From NCBI RefSeq assembly GCF_008831285.2, contig NC_045138.2, positions 4,836,001 to 4,900,000 of the forward strand: a DNA stretch of 64,000 bases, in the 5' to 3' direction. Made by a program: the position numbers and the translations under genes. The notes under the pieces are model-generated. The model ran no database searches. It was not told where the DNA came from and saw only the letters and a program-made list of their open reading frames with translations. Below are positions 35,750 through 50,800 of the stretch, one piece after another (within the stretch, counting starts at the first letter, position 1; every line of letters starts with the position of its first letter). This stretch comes from Nymphaea colorata (lineage: Eukaryota).

Positions 35750-37960
35750 AATAAAAAATGACAAAGTAGCTATACATTAGAGACTCAAAAATAATTTGTA
35801 TGTACAAAATTTGACAGCAACTAACATTAGCAAAGAACCTGAGAGAAGCAGTGTTGTCTTCTATCTGGTTCTTTGGCCACCTAAGCCAAATTTTGTTGTC
35901 TGAGACTATGAAGACATTTGTATCAGAATGAAAAGCAAACTGCTTAGGAGAACGAAAGAGTTTTAAGTGAATCCATGTTTGAAACTGGTGGAAAACCATC
36001 ACTTAAGTTCCACTAAAAAGTTTTTAGTGAGGGTTCTGTTTTTACCAAAGTTAGAAGAAATGAGTTTCCATACTTCAAAAGCAATGTTACAAGTGAAAAG
36101 GACATGTTTGGCGTCTTCTTCATGCTTATGGCAGAGGCAACAATGATTGGTTAGACTTTTTCTCATCGATTTGGAACAATCTTGCGTCGGCGGCCGATCT
36201 TGCTTGCAACATAACGAAACCATTGAGCACGAGGAGACAGTCACTATGCCAAATCCACCTCCCCCACTCCTGCATAGTGTGGGTCTTGAAAAAGTTGGCA
36301 TCGACATTCTAGGCATGATTACATTGAGGTTGCCCAGGAGTCGATGGACAACACTCTTGATTCTTCCATGGTACTGGGTGGTTTCTTGAATTGAATCTTT
36401 AGACAGATGATTGAAGAACTCGAACTCTTCCACGTTGAGGTAGTCTCTTAAGCATTGACTGCTCTATTTGACATTCAAAAAACTGAACTGGCCCTTGCCG
36501 ACGATTCATGAAGTCTGATCTTTAATTGCTTGCCATGCTTGGAGAAGGTTTTTCAAAAACCAAGAAGCATTGCAGACTCGTTCATTAATTCAAAGGGACT
36601 ACCTGTGGAGGTACTTTTGACGGATGAAATTGGCCCATTCATTATCAATACACACTTGAAGGGCAAACAATCCACCTAAAGCCCTATTCAAAATGCGGAA
36701 GTCAGGGAGATCCAGTCCACCTTCGAGAAAAGGTCGGCAAAGGGTGGACCAAGCAATCAGGTGGTTGCCTTTGGCTTCATCCTGATTTCCCCAAAGAAAC
36801 TTAACCATGGCTGATTTGATCCGACATTCTATGTTTGTTGGAAGATAGAAAACTGATGCGCAATACCTAATTAGACTAGAGAGCACATGTCTGAGCAAAC
36901 ACCACTGAACAGAATAAGATAGTAATTTGGTTTTTCAACCAGCCGTGCATTTACTGATTTTGACAAGAAGCTCTCACACCCTTTAATATTCACCTTACCA
37001 TGAAACAGGGGAAGCCAAAAATAACTAAAAAAGAACTGCCCAACATTCCACTGAAGAATATCTTTAGTACAGATGACATAGTCTTCACCCCTATGGAAAG
37101 GAAAGAAGATGGATTTGTCATGATTTTATTTTCAATCTAGCATATTGACACAAAGTTTCAAGGAAATCAGCAATTCATCTAATGGATCTCATATTGTCCC
37201 TACTAAAGAAGATGTTATTGGCAAATGAAAGCATCCCTGGACGACGGACCTCCTTTTGAAATACACGGCGTCAGAATGTTCTTGAGAAGCTCTCCAGCCG
37301 AGCCCTGTGTGGCTATCTCTATAACTAAGGCTGTTCAACAAGTCGAGATAACTCAAGCTCGACTTGAACTCGCTAGATAAACTTGACTCAAACTCGACTC
37401 ATTTATTAAACAAGTCGACTTCGAGTTAAGAAATGAACTCGGCAACCTAACCGAGTCGAGCTTGAGTTAAGTGGGCTCGGCTTGGTTAATCTCGGTTAAG
37501 CTTAAGAAAAAATATATAAAATATGTCTCATAAAATTATCAAAAAAGATAGATTGCTCAAATGAGTATACACGTGACATGTGGGAGCTTCCATATTAATG
37601 TCAATGTGCTGCCTCTTCCTTTAAAAAAATAAATTTTTTTAATGAAATACTTGGCTCAGCTCAAGCCAATCTTCTGCTGGAGCTAAATCGAACCAAGCTC
37701 GAGTTTTAAGAACTCAAGCCGAACCGAGTTTGAGTTCCTTTCAAGACAAGCGAGCTGGCTCAACTCGGCTCGAACTCTGATGAATAGCCCTATCTATAAC
37801 TCATATAAAACGGTATTTTGAAGGGGGTCCCCCTCCCTTAGGCCATCTTCAAATCGATACCCTATTCTCCCATTGATCATAATTGAGGCTGATGCAGTGA
37901 TAACACACGTCATAATACGATCCACCAATTCCTCACCACAGCCCAAGAATAAAAGCCCGC
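35750..37960 (-). mobile_element. LINE (L1-like) ORF2 remnant, 5'-truncated
   Basis: RT fragment IMINGRIGYRFEDGLREGDPL (about 37820-37885); post-RT FLWG...HLIAWSTLCRPFLEGGL (36599..36898); zf-RVT CCLCHKHEEDAKHVLFTC...VW (35999..36433). Confidence 0.88.
37326..37792. mobile_element. CTCGAG-rich hAT MITE inserted in the LINE RT
   Basis: TIRs TAAGGCTGTTCA / TGAATAGCCCTA; perfect 8-bp TSD TCTATAAC at 37318-37325 and 37793-37800. Confidence 0.92.
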
Positions 37961-39194
37961 TATTGGGTTGTATGTTTAATAATATCTACCCGATGCAATA
38001 TGATTGGACGGACCTTAAGATAACTTGTCAAGCATGAAAAGACAAATTGCAGTAGGCTGCCGGATGCATGTGTACGTATATGCATTTGTTTAATTGCCTG
38101 AATCAGTTCAACATGTACTACTGTACCTTTTACCTAATAATATAGGTGTACTTTATATGGTCATGTATTCTGGTTTTTTAAGATACAATAAACAATCAGT
38201 AGTTCACAATTTAGCTAGTTACATATGAAATTATTTTGGGTTTCAATTTTGATCCATGGCGATAGAAAGTAAACTACTTAAACCAAATCATGTTTTTTCA
38301 CTTAATTTGAAGCTTTACATTTTATTGGATCAAGGATTAATCACTATCCCTAAGTGCATCCCGCACTTACACACATGTGCATGCATACACGTCTAAATGT
38401 GGTCAGTTTGTCAGATCCAAACCCTTAAAACATCAAAGTTAATGTACATTTGCAATCAGGTGTATTAATCATTAATGATAATTGGCGAAAAGTAAATGTA
38501 ACTTCTAGCTGTAACAGTTGTTGTAGTGCAAGTGGATTTGAAATTGAGACGTACATTGGTTTTTGGTTCTGAGCCCCAAGCTACTGCAAGTGGATTGAAA
38601 TTGAGCTGTCTACTGGTTTTGATTCTCAGCCCCAAATTCAGTAAGCAGAAGCTCAATGCCAGCCTAATGGCAGGTCCAGATGAGCCCGTTGTTGCTTCCC
38701 GCTAGCTTAGAAAGTGAAAGAAAAGTCATCCGGACATATAAATGTAAATTATCTACATTGTTCACAATTCCAGTAAGAATCTTATCAAATTACTTAACTC
38801 TACCAGCTTAAGGACATAGTTTCCGACTATACAATGTAAGTTCGAAACCTCGTCTCCACTGATCCTATCCAAAAATGTACTCCACTGCAGCTTTCGTCCT
38901 TGACCTTAACTTTCACACAAAACTATTTCCTCTGTTTAGATAAAGGCAAATCTCTGACCTCCATCGGCCTTGAGAAAAGAGTTCGCGCGTGTGAACTGTT
39001 TGCTGCTATCCTGCCGTGTGTAGGATTTTGAGGATAGATAAAAATTTAAAAATATGTTAATAAAAGTTAGACATCATCCCTCGAACATTAGGGATTGTTT
39101 ATGGTGTAACAATAGTTCATTACGTTTGTCACAACAATTTAGGTGTTTTTGATATTTTTAATTATCCAACAACATCATATACACAATAACATAA

Positions 39195-39323
<129 letters not shown>

Positions 39324-40147
39324 GCACAGACCCATGAGTATAAGATAAGTCTTTCCTTATATATTGTTACCTACATATTTAATGTCTGATAGACAAAAAT
39401 TTTTTACTCCACCACTACACTGCCAACGTATATATTCACATTCTTCTTGCCCTTTTTTCTATAAGTATGCAACCCATTTTACCTTCCACGTATATTTCAT
39501 AAATAATTAAAATTGGATCTTAGTCTCTTTCAAATTCCTGATAAGTGTTATGTTCCTCATACACATGGACTAGAGCATGGCACCAAGTTGAGGATGCAGT
39601 GACTCCACATCAAGCCCCAATAGGGCTCCTAGCCCTTTAGGCAAGGTCAAGAAGGGTTACTTGGGCTCTCATTTAGGATGGGGTCATTCGCCCACCCAGA
39701 ATGAGCCATCCACATTAAAAATTTTAACAACAAAATTTTAGGTAAGTGGGGGGTCATGGAAACTGGTTATGTGCAGAGTCTCTGCATGAAAAAATTATGC
39801 ACAAAAATGTATAATGAATAACATACCTATATCTAATTAGAAAGATAAAAAAGGTTATGGAAAAGTTAAAAAACTAAAATATACATTTCTTTACAAAAAC
39901 ATTGAAAAAACCCTAACCCTCATTTCTTTTTCTCTTTGGCCTATATTTATAGCCTATAAATATACATGAGCGCACCACACGTGCGCCTCAAACCACTGCC
40001 TCAAGGAATTTTTCCTTAAAAACGCCTTAACTCGCAACTTTTTTGCAACATTGTTTATAGGCGCACGCAACTCGATCTCTTTCGTCACTAGTGCAGCGCC
40101 TCGGATTCCTCCCTCACATTGAGGCGCCATTGTCCACTGGATATATC

Positions 40148-40157
40148 TATATAAATA
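40148..40157 (+). promoter_or_regulatory. TATA box of NAC copy 2
   Basis: TATATAAATA lies about 45-55 nt upstream of the ATG. Confidence 0.65.
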
Positions 40158-40202
40158 GCACCAAAGACTAAAGAGAGCAACTTAAGGAGGAGAAGAAGAA
40201 AC

Positions 40203-40359
40203 ATGGGAGATAAGATAAGCCTTCCCCCTGGCTTCAAGTTCTTCCCAACAGACAAAGATCTCATTCTTCATTATCTCTATAAGAAGGTCAAGCTTCTCCC
40301 TTGCCACTCAGACTTCATCATGGAGATAGATCTCTACAACTACAATCCTTGGGAGCTAC

Positions 40360-40406
<47 letters not shown>

Positions 40407-41363
40407 TCTTTGAGCTGCGATTTGTATTTAGGTAAAGATGACTTCAATTTTACAAATAGTAGACGAGAAAACGTCAGCAAGTTTGCTGATAGATCAGTTT
40501 ACTTGCTTTTCTTTCTACCCTTTTCGATACAGAAGAAAATGTTGGTAGTTGGTATTCGAATTAGGACACCAGTTATATTTGCAACAGAGTGCAGGGTAAG
40601 CCTGAGCAATCAGAATTCAGGTGATGATTACAGAAATAAGAGTCGATAACTGAAGCTACTTGGTGTAAGCTTCAATCAAAGACGAATTTGGAAGAAATAT
40701 CTTTCAACGATCTCTAAGTTCAGACCTATTTAAAGCATCATCTTCGTATATATTTAGTGTGAAAACCATTGAGATGTAATGAAGCTGTTGGTGTTGGGAT
40801 AGTTCAGGCATGGCTTTGGGTGGTGGCAAAGAGTGGTATTTCTACAGCCAAAGACCAAGCAACTACAAGAAAAACTCCATACAGTACAGGCCTGCTGCAT
40901 CTGGGCATTGGAGGGTGACAACCATGGATGAGCCCGTATCAAATGGCAACACTGTTGTTGGGTGCAAGAAATCTCTTGTCTTCTACACTGGCAACGCTCC
41001 AAGTGGGACAAAAACTGACTGGATCATGGATGAGTATAGCCTCCTGGAATCGACAACCAGGACATGTAAGAAGCGTGGGAGCTCAAGAACTGTTAAGTCT
41101 CTCTCTCTCTCTTTCTCTCTTTCTCTCTTGCTTCCTCTCTTGTCTCTTTCTATCTCTTAAAGCGTGGACTATAATTGCAGGTGTCAGGAGACTGGGTATT
41201 GTGCAGGATCCAAGAGAAAGGCCTTGATTCAGAGATGATCTGCGGTGACGATGATGATGACGACGGAAGAGAGCTGTCATATCTAGATGAGATCTTCTTT
41301 TCCATGGACAATTTGGATGAAATAAGTTCACCAAGCGACTTCACCGCTACATTGTTTCATTAG
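40203..41363 (+). CDS. XND1-like: NAC-domain transcription factor, XND1/ANAC104-like, copy 2 (exons 40203-40362, 40808-41091, 41181-41363; 208 aa)
   Basis: Same exon 1 and 2 lengths (160 and 284 nt) and splice phases as copy 1; intact frame; tail DDDDDGRELSYLDEIFFSMDNLDEISSP. Confidence 0.93.
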
Positions 41364-44300
41364 CTGTCTTTACTTTTTTCATTTTTGCCCGTTTGCTCTT
41401 CCACTCTGATGTTCTAATGAAAGAAAAGATCCTTTTTATCATCAAAGAACAATTTCCTTGTGGTTTTCCTTTCTCTCTTTCGGTAGGTAAAAGCGAATAT
41501 ATAGCTTCTGGCAGATGAGATGAGCATGACTTCCTTTACTGATCATAAACCAAAAACGTTCGAAGAAAATTTCACATTGACTGACTTGTTTCAAGGTATA
41601 ATGATCTTACTGAAAACTAACCTTCAGCCTTTACTGACGGTTCTTCACCCTTCCTTTCATCTGTGAATACGGGATAGAAATACATGAGGTCTTCATGGTT
41701 CCTCAAAAAAATTAATACAGATTCTCAAATATCAGTCTTAATTTGTGCTCAGAAAGGCTATGAAACAAGTTATCAATTGGGTATTGCTTATACATAAGCA
41801 GGGGCGGGCAGGTATGATCATCATGTCATCGATAAAGAAAGGTTTATTTTCATATTGAGACTTCATGGCAGTATTTTTCATTTACATATAACCATTATTT
41901 TTTTAAATGATCTAACTAGTGTTTCTTAGCCAAAATTTTCTTGCTCCTACACGACGAAGCCTGGGATAGATTTCTAAAATTTTCGATAGAGGAGCCCATA
42001 TATTCTCAAGTCATTCTCACGCGTGAAGGCTTATCCCATTAGAAACATTTTATCGATGTACAAACAGGAAAAGAATTAGTACTGGTAACTTAGAAGCATT
42101 AACCTTTAGGATATCCTCAAAAAAAAGGAAAACAAGAAAGTACTCATACCATTTTGTCCTGTAAGGTGGGAGGGGTCCGGTGCCTTTTTATCTCTTATCA
42201 GGGTATTTATGTCATTTGGGCTTCACAATGTTGGAACAGACATATAACTTACACTACACCTTTCAATTCAGTTGTCATGTTTGTCCACTCAGATGAATAG
42301 TAAAAGTGTGACAACAACTATATGAGGTTCGAAGCTCAGACCATTTTAAGTGCGAGCTGCCTTGCTGCCCAGTTACACTATACTTCTTAACCATTTTTTT
42401 TAGGAGAAGGGGGACAATGTCAGGTTATTTAGTCCAGTCTAAATTGGGTTTCCCATAAACTCAGCAATGACTATCAGACAAACACATCTTACGCTCCATT
42501 TTGGAGGCAAAAATACAGTTCTCTCTCTAGGGTTTTTAAGAAAATAGTCCCTAACCTAGCAGCTTATATAGTTATAAAATTAATTGGTCCATCCTCTTTG
42601 CCTAACTAGTGTGTTCTAATCTCCCAAAGTCAATTGCTACCTACCGAACGATCATCGGCTCTCAGACGAGCTTTTCTTAGTGATTTAGACGCGTTTCCTG
42701 TAAATGAGGATGTAAAATCATTTTGATCCAGAAATACATTTTATATTAAATAATTCTTTTGTGATATCAAATAAAAAAATGCATTCTTGAGTACATTGGA
42801 AAGACCCTAAAACTTTGTCTGGAACCTTTGGATGCCGAAAACATCTTCGGGTGACGGTTGAATTGAGTTTATGAAAAATTCAATAAATTCATACATTGAA
42901 TAACCAGAAAATGGCCAGAAAACCATTTAAAAAATATATAAAACCCATTTCTTTTCCCAGTCAGTCGCAGCCCACAGACTCCGCGGACCGCAATAGACTT
43001 TTTTTTTGGGTGTTCTGAGAATGTGGTTTTCTTGTTATACAAACAGAAAAAAACTTGCAAGTTTTTCTATGAACTTGAAATTTGATTTTCGAACACTTAA
43101 AACCTAATCTTCAACCTTGCGGTACAACGAAGTTGTTAGCTTCGTACTTATATATCGAAGCTGGTTTTGCACGCCGTGCTGATGCACTAAATTTCATGAG
43201 CGAGCACAGTTGATGACGAAAATACCTTTATTTAAATTAAAAAAAAGAAACTTTTTTGTATGAATAAAAAAAGAAATCTAAAAAAGAGAAAAGACTAAAA
43301 AAATATTTTTTTCAACAACTTCAAAAATGTCTTCTTTTTTTCTTTTGGCACAGATAACTCTGTCTCCTTATATATACCTCCAAAACTGGCACTGTTTCCA
43401 TGGTTTTGAGTCTCATGCAAACAGGCTCTGAAGGTCATCGTCAAACACTGGAGCTGGTACTCCCGATTTTGTCTTCTGCAAGAAAAGACATCTAGAAAAA
43501 TCAAATTGAGTGTGATCATAAATGTCCTTGACATCTGACCGAGAGCTAACCCCATATGCCAATTCATTTTTTTATTCATCAGGCTGTAGAATTATTAATG
43601 TCCTACTAATGAAGGAAATTATGATAACATAATGTTGCATGAAGGGGCGTAGTGCAACTTGAAAGCAAAGTGGTTCACATCGAAGGGGTTTGAGGTTCAA
43701 ATCTATGATTGTTGTCATGCTTTGTTGCGCTATTTTTCTGGGTTGCAAGTGGTGGCAAAATGTGACACTCGAGTTGAATAGTTATACTATGAATCCACTA
43801 AGGCCGCAAGGTAAGCCAGAACCTTGGAGTTCCTTTATAAGATGACCGTTTTATCATCTAAAAATGACATAAATTGCTATTTTATGTACTGGGTGTTTAC
43901 CCTTTTTCCCTTTTCTATAGTGATATGTAAATCTCTTTAATTAGTGAGACGAAGGCGTTGGCACAGTGAGGGGAGACAGGCTGGGCTTTGCTTGGGAATG
44001 CACGTTGATTTGCTCTTTATCTTATTCACTGAAAGCTATAATGAGTATGTAACCTGGGGAGTATCAAAGAGATTTTACTAACTGCTCATGTTCATACATG
44101 GGTTCAAAGTTCAAACTTATTAAAAAAAAAAATCCTTTAATAGTTTTCATAGTTCAATAAATAAGCATTAGTTTTTTTTTTTTTTTAGGAGAGTGGTTCA
44201 TTCCACCACCTTTAAGAGACGTCATTGCCCCCACCCCTAGGTTTATAGAACTTGCTTTTTGACCTATTATGGTCTAGAAGAAAAGAGCATTAAGACGTGA

Positions 44301-46723
44301 TGGTGACTATTACAGGACGTGAATACAAGTTTTTTAAGGAGATAGACTATCTTGTGACCCAGCACACTACAATCTATTGGGGTAGTGTTTAATTTACTTG
44401 CTTTAATTTATTTATAATGTGAAGGTGGAGGTTAGGCACATGCTACCTGCAACTTGCACAAAATGGTTTATTCAAATTGCAAGGTCCAACTCTACAACCC
44501 TACCCATGTAATTGGTAGAGCTGCTTGACAGTCATCTATGAAACACTTAGCTTCTTCTGTAAACTAGATATGTCAATAATTTTGGCTCTACAATCTTCAA
44601 ATTGCTTTTAATAGCAAATGTTTTTTTCTGAGGTGCAGCTGTTTTGCAACCCTACCATGGCCGACAGTGGCCAGACATCTTGTGGCAGACCTCAGAAGGG
44701 TTAAATAATTGACACTTCAAGACCGTATTGGAACATAGTGAATCCAGCAATATTATCTTTGCCATAAGTGATGGAAAAAGGAAATAAGAAGAAGAAGAAG
44801 AACTATGTATAGGATACTAAATCATGCATTCTCTTGGTATAACTCCGACCTAGAATGTTAATATTCCCCAAGAAATTATATGCTTCACTAATATGTGTAT
44901 GTTGTGTGTTCTTCCTGTCTAAAACAATGAAAATAAACACAAAGATGTTAGTTATTTTTGGATATATAAGTTGAGTTTTCATATGCTAAAAGGAATAGAA
45001 CTGTTGATTCCTAAACTTTAATTTAGTCGTAGACATAGTTCCGAAATGCCATTTTTCTCACATGCAATCTTCTAATGTTTTTGTTGGAAGGTCGCATCAA
45101 TAAAGTTGATTTCACCAATAAGTGGGTTAAAAAACAAAGACTTTAAGAAGCCGATGTATCTGGATACGAGATTTAGTCACACTCCCAATAGTGGCGAATC
45201 TGATCTTCAAAGTCGAGAGTACATATATGTAAAATTTAATTTGGTAGGTGACACAAAGAACATTTGCAATAGAATTTGGTATCTTTCTCTTCATAGGGTA
45301 CTGTTTGGTGGTTGGCAATAGGAACACTGTATTGTTTGGAATGCAATGTTCCCGTTACTGAATGGGACACATTCATGGAACATGACATTTTAAAGAACGT
45401 AGCATTCCTGTTACCACATGCCTTCTAAGAGCCCCTGCAGGAAGCTAGTTGGGGGCACGTAGTGTAAAGAGGGAGGGCCGGAAGACGCATGTTTTCCCGT
45501 CTTCCCTATGTCGAACATACATGGCTAGGCTTAGACCATGAGGTCATTTGAACTCTCTCTGTTTCATCACCGATCTCTCTCTTTCTTTCTTCTACCATGG
45601 CTTGCGAGACCCTTTGAAACAAAGGAAAATTTTAAATTAAATGTAATATTTTTTTAAAAAAAATTGAGTGGGGCATCCCTCCTCTCCCCCCACCTTGGCT
45701 CCTCCCTTGTGTTAGTGACTAAATTTAGTCAACTAAAAATAAAAAACTGAAGCTTGCTCATGTTATAAAGTCTAAAAGGAAAAGGGACTTGTTAGAGGTT
45801 GTGTCAGTCTCTTCAATTTTTGCGTTCTTTTTCTCGCGCGAAGACATCAATATCCACTTGCAAAGAAAAAAGCTGCATTACCTTCAGTGATGTACGTCTT
45901 CCCAACTTGGCCCTTTGTTGAGCCAGATCAGGCAACACTATTGTCCAGTCACCAACAAAGACTCCAAAGAAATTGTCACATGGAGCCCAAACACTTACAT
46001 ACCAAAAGTTTGCAGGGAGAACTGAGATTGAGAGAGAGAGAGAGACAGAGATCGAGAGAGATCAAAAAAAGGATATCTTGGATGAGGGGCGGAGATACGT
46101 GGGGAACTCCTAGGGGCTGTGCCCCATGGAACCACTCTAAAACCTTAATATGATAGTTGAATTTAGGTGGACATAGGTCCAGTTATAGGAGGGAGCCCTA
46201 TCAGATCCAGGTCATTGCCACATGGACCTGGGTAGACTTAGTTGTCAACAATATGTTTAGTGCTTCATGAATTTTTTTTTTATTTTGCCCCTGATATAGA
46301 TAGAGTATATTTATAGAAGTTTAGGATGGTAAATGTCACTAAAAAAATGGGGTTTATACTTGGGTATAAAAAGCATCAGTGAAACCTTTATTGATGTTTT
46401 TTGAACATCAGTCAAAATAATGTCAGTAAAAGTAGTGTGACTGATATGTCAGTAAAACATGTTCGGACGCCTCATGGTTTCTTCTGAAATTAACTTGGTC
46501 AAACATCAATGCCATAGGCTCGATAGAGAGACCTCTTCGCATAAGTGCAGCTTAATTTTTTCGCACGTCCATCCATCGGTTATTATGGTGGCAGCTAGCA
46601 GATCAGGGGAGAAAAGAAGATGCAACACGAGGACTTGGTTTTTAAATTACATATCCCTGTTTTATTGTTGCCTTACAGAGATTTTATGGGATCCAGTGAA
46701 TTAGTAATAGTTTGATCTTATAA

Positions 46724-46772
<49 letters not shown>

Positions 46773-46910
46773 GAGAGAGAGAGAGAGAGAGAGAGGAACC
46801 TAAACCATGCTCATAAAAATAAAAACACATATAACCAGTTGGCATAAGTGGTCAAAGTCATCGTTACCCTTCAAAAGAGACTAGATGTTTCCTTTAAAGA
46901 AACTCAGTTG

Positions 46911-46951
<41 letters not shown>

Positions 46952-47803
46952 CAACCCCATCTTTTGAAGGGTATTTTAGAGTCTTGCAAAAGAAACTTGG
47001 CTTTCATATTTACAGCCTACTTTTTATCATCTAATCTCTTTAAAATCGATACAGCCAGTATGATTCTGATCAAGTTTGATATATGAGCATCTGGTAGCAG
47101 ACAATTATTAATATATGGCCCCTGCCAGTCCCCTCTTCCCTCCGCCCCTAGTGTGGCCTATAGGCGCCCATGTTAAAAATCTGAAGAGAAGTTTTATGAT
47201 TAATTTATATATATGTGTGTGTGTGAAAGCATCTATTTGAAGTTTTCAGAACATCATTTGAATTGGAGTACAATTATTAGTGTAAAGATAATTGACAAGG
47301 TTTGCTCTATGCCTCAGGGTTGGGATCTAGCTACACAATGACAGGTCATCAGACGAAGAAGTTTGTGAAATATGGTTTGTTTATCTTCTCATTTTTCTCC
47401 GTGAAATGAAATTGATGAGATTATCTAAATAAATTGTTTGGTTGCATTCTTTTCTTGGAACTAAAGGAAATTGCAGAGTTATTAATTGCGGCCAGAGTTT
47501 GGTAATCAGAGATCATGTCTTTTCGCGATTAGGATCAATTATATGTTGGTAAATCCAAAATTAGCTGTAAGTTCCTAGCAGTAAATAAAAGGATGTGTAA
47601 GGAAGAGGATGATAAGAATGCATGCAGCAGACTGATCTGGCTTCCAATTGACCTGGTTCCAAATTGGTTGCAGTAAAGAGGTGTCAGATCTTTCACTCTG
47701 CATGCCTGGTCAATAATTACAGAATTCCAGATTATGTCTTTGATCCCTCTACTGTTTACCTTTTAATGGCTGTCCCACTTGTCTGTGTGTATGTGTGCTC
47801 TTG

Positions 47804-47854
<51 letters not shown>

Positions 47855-50800
47855 TTGTGTTTGTGTATGTGTGTGTGTAAAATAGAGAAAAAAAAAAGAG
47901 GTAGATTTGAATCTGGCTAGTTGTATATATTCAGGATTAATTAGTGCATCACTGCATTTTACACAGTCTTAACTTGAAAAGTTCATTCGTATGGTAAAGG
48001 GTTATCGAATTGAATCACTGAAACTTTTAAATAAATGAATATAGCCATACATTCAGGGAGCTTTATCCTTGTTTTGCATGAGAAAGGGTTTGACTTAAAA
48101 TAGGAGAAGGAAGGATCTGTTATTAAATTCATGATTTTCAAATCTTGAGGATTTCAGATCCGATGAAATCAAATACCCTTTTAAGCCAAAAAAACAAAAA
48201 ACAAAAATGATATGGATGGTCTTCAAAAATTGTAATGCTCCACTTTAGGAAGTCTAGTCTCATATTGAAAATTGTGGCCAGGGCTTATGAAGGGAGTTGT
48301 TAGATGTTGATAATCCTACTTTTTTGTCCTTTTTTGGCTGAAATGGAAACTGGTAGGATTGGGTTGGGATCCGTTGGAGTGTGGACTCAAGCCCGGGATG
48401 AGTATGTGTTGGATCATTTTAGTAGCATCATAGCATGGTTCAATACTCAAAGCTAGAGTCCCACACATGCAGATGTGTGCCTTGCGGGAGCATATTATAA
48501 TGCTCCCTTTAAAAGGTTTAATTTCGTCTTCAAGATTTACAAAAGGGTTGTTAGATAGTTGGTTGTCTTGATTCTCAATCTTTTTTGAGCTGAAACTAAA
48601 ACCACTAAAAGGCTTGTTGGAATCCATGGGGCCAGGAGCTCAAGCCTCGTGTAGCTGTGGATCTGGCCGTGTCAAAAATGAATGTGAGATGACATCCTCA
48701 CTACTTTTTCCCTAAACCAGCTAAGGGGAAGTGGTGTTCTTTTTCGAAGAAGTTAATAATAACTTTACAAATATATTTTTCTTTGCACGAATATGATCTT
48801 ATGAGTATTTAAAAACCAAGGGTCTGCGGAGATTCAACTTGTAATATTCTATTTACACTTTCAAGAAACAATTCTCATATAGTCTATTGTAACTTTTCAA
48901 CATGCGTAGATGAAGATTGTGTTTGTATATTGTCAATGTTTATAAAACTAGATCCTCATGACTGACATAAAAACTTACACTAATTTTATCACTAAATTAT
49001 AGTTAACCGCAGAATTGGCCTTTTACTTCCTTAATTAGCAAGACGAAGAAAATAATCCTTTTACTTTTTGCAGGGATCAACTTGAAAATTTTCAAGATAT
49101 TAGCGTATAAACTTTTTTATACAAAATTTGAGGGGGCCCATGGCTCCCCTGGCTTTGCCCACGTGGGGAGGTGTCCCAACATTCAGAAAGAAGATGAATT
49201 TGAAATGCTAATAGAGAAACTTGGAAAATAGTCCATAAGATTGAAATTTTATGTATGGAAAAAGTTCTATATCTGAACATTTCTTGTTGTCCCAATAAAC
49301 TGAAACTCTCTAAGCATTCACTAAATTTAACGTTTAGTTGAGCAAAAAAAAAATCAATTAAGTACTTGAGAGGAAGCAAAGCAACAAATTGAACAGAAAA
49401 AGACAAGGGAGCCAAATTTTGTATACTATTGCCACTGAGCAGTTATGTCTTATATGTTTAAGATACTATTGCAGTTATGTCTTAGATGTTTAAGAATCTA
49501 TTGTTATTGTTGTCGTTGTCGTCGTTGTCGTCATTGTCATCATCATTATCATCTAAATTAAATCACTGAACCTTAGATAAGTTACATGAATTTACAGTAG
49601 CTAATGCGCTCTAATTATATTGAATCACCAAATAGATCTACCTCTTGATTCAATTGTCCTTAAGCTATGCAAGTAAGGGAGCTAGGAAACATTTAAACCA
49701 TACGTGAGCCCATTTTTGGGATTATAGGAATAAATTTAGCTCTCCACAAGGAAACTTTCCAGGAAAACACTCTTAAAGAAAACAAGAAAACCCGAATAGC
49801 ATATACATGGGGATGCAACAGATCATATTCAAATTAGATATACCCTTAGCTATATCCACTTTTTCGGATATTCACATATTAGAATTCAAGTTTGAATTTG
49901 AATATAAATGAAGAAAAATCAAATTTGAATCAGAATCTGACATCTGATTTGACAATCTAAATCCAATTTTTAAATTCACAATTTGAATATAAATGAAGAA
50001 AAATCATATTTGAATCAGAATCTGACATCTGATTTGACAATCTAAATCCAATTTTTAAATTCACATCTGAATCCAGATCTGAATTTTAATTTCAACCCGG
50101 CTGATTTAGGGGAATTAATATAGAATAATTATTTAAATCTGAATCCTATCCAAATCCGAATCTGATTGGGAGGTGTGTGTGTGTGTGTGACCAGATGTCC
50201 TTTCTTAAATCTGAATCCAATTTGATTTCTTATTCGAAAATTAAATTTTTTCTATACACGATTTTTTTGGAACGATTGGATCAAATATCTTAAACAAATC
50301 AGATATATTAACATCGTTACGTATAACCCAGTTGTTTCCCATAATCACATAAAAGATCTAAGTTTTTGTGAATCATATGCCATCAAAAATTCCATGAACT
50401 CTTAAACTAGATACTATCCAAAACTTAGATAAAGTGTGTCATCTGAGAAACATGATTTCTTAAGATTCCTTAAAATTGTTCGCTTCTAGTTATTATTTTA
50501 ACTGAATCACGCCAATAACTTTTTTTTTGTGCCCCAAAGAAAAGTTCTCAAAGCAAACAAACAACAAATAGTTCTGCGCTTGCCATATGCAAATTACTAA
50601 GTAGAGGAAAAGCCAAGTTCTGCTTGTCATTTAATGGCGTGAAAGTTCCATGGTTGGCCTGAACAGATCTTGGCTGCATTAATTATTTATGAGAAAACTT
50701 TGGTCCACATGAAGCTAAAAAATGAGGACCCATATGTACTGTGTACAACTGAGATTTCAGAGCCATTGGGGCTGCTTTTAGTTGGCTCCATATGTTAACC

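Noticed and set aside
49896..50065. 85-bp direct duplication (also short ones at ~641-703, ~29000-29092 and ~32024-32146)
   Set aside because: Ordinary local slippage duplications inside repeats, with no sign of function.
50700..50712. TGGTCCACATG resembling the snRNA upstream element RTCCCACATCG
   Set aside because: Imperfect match, no correctly spaced TATA box and no recognisable snRNA downstream.
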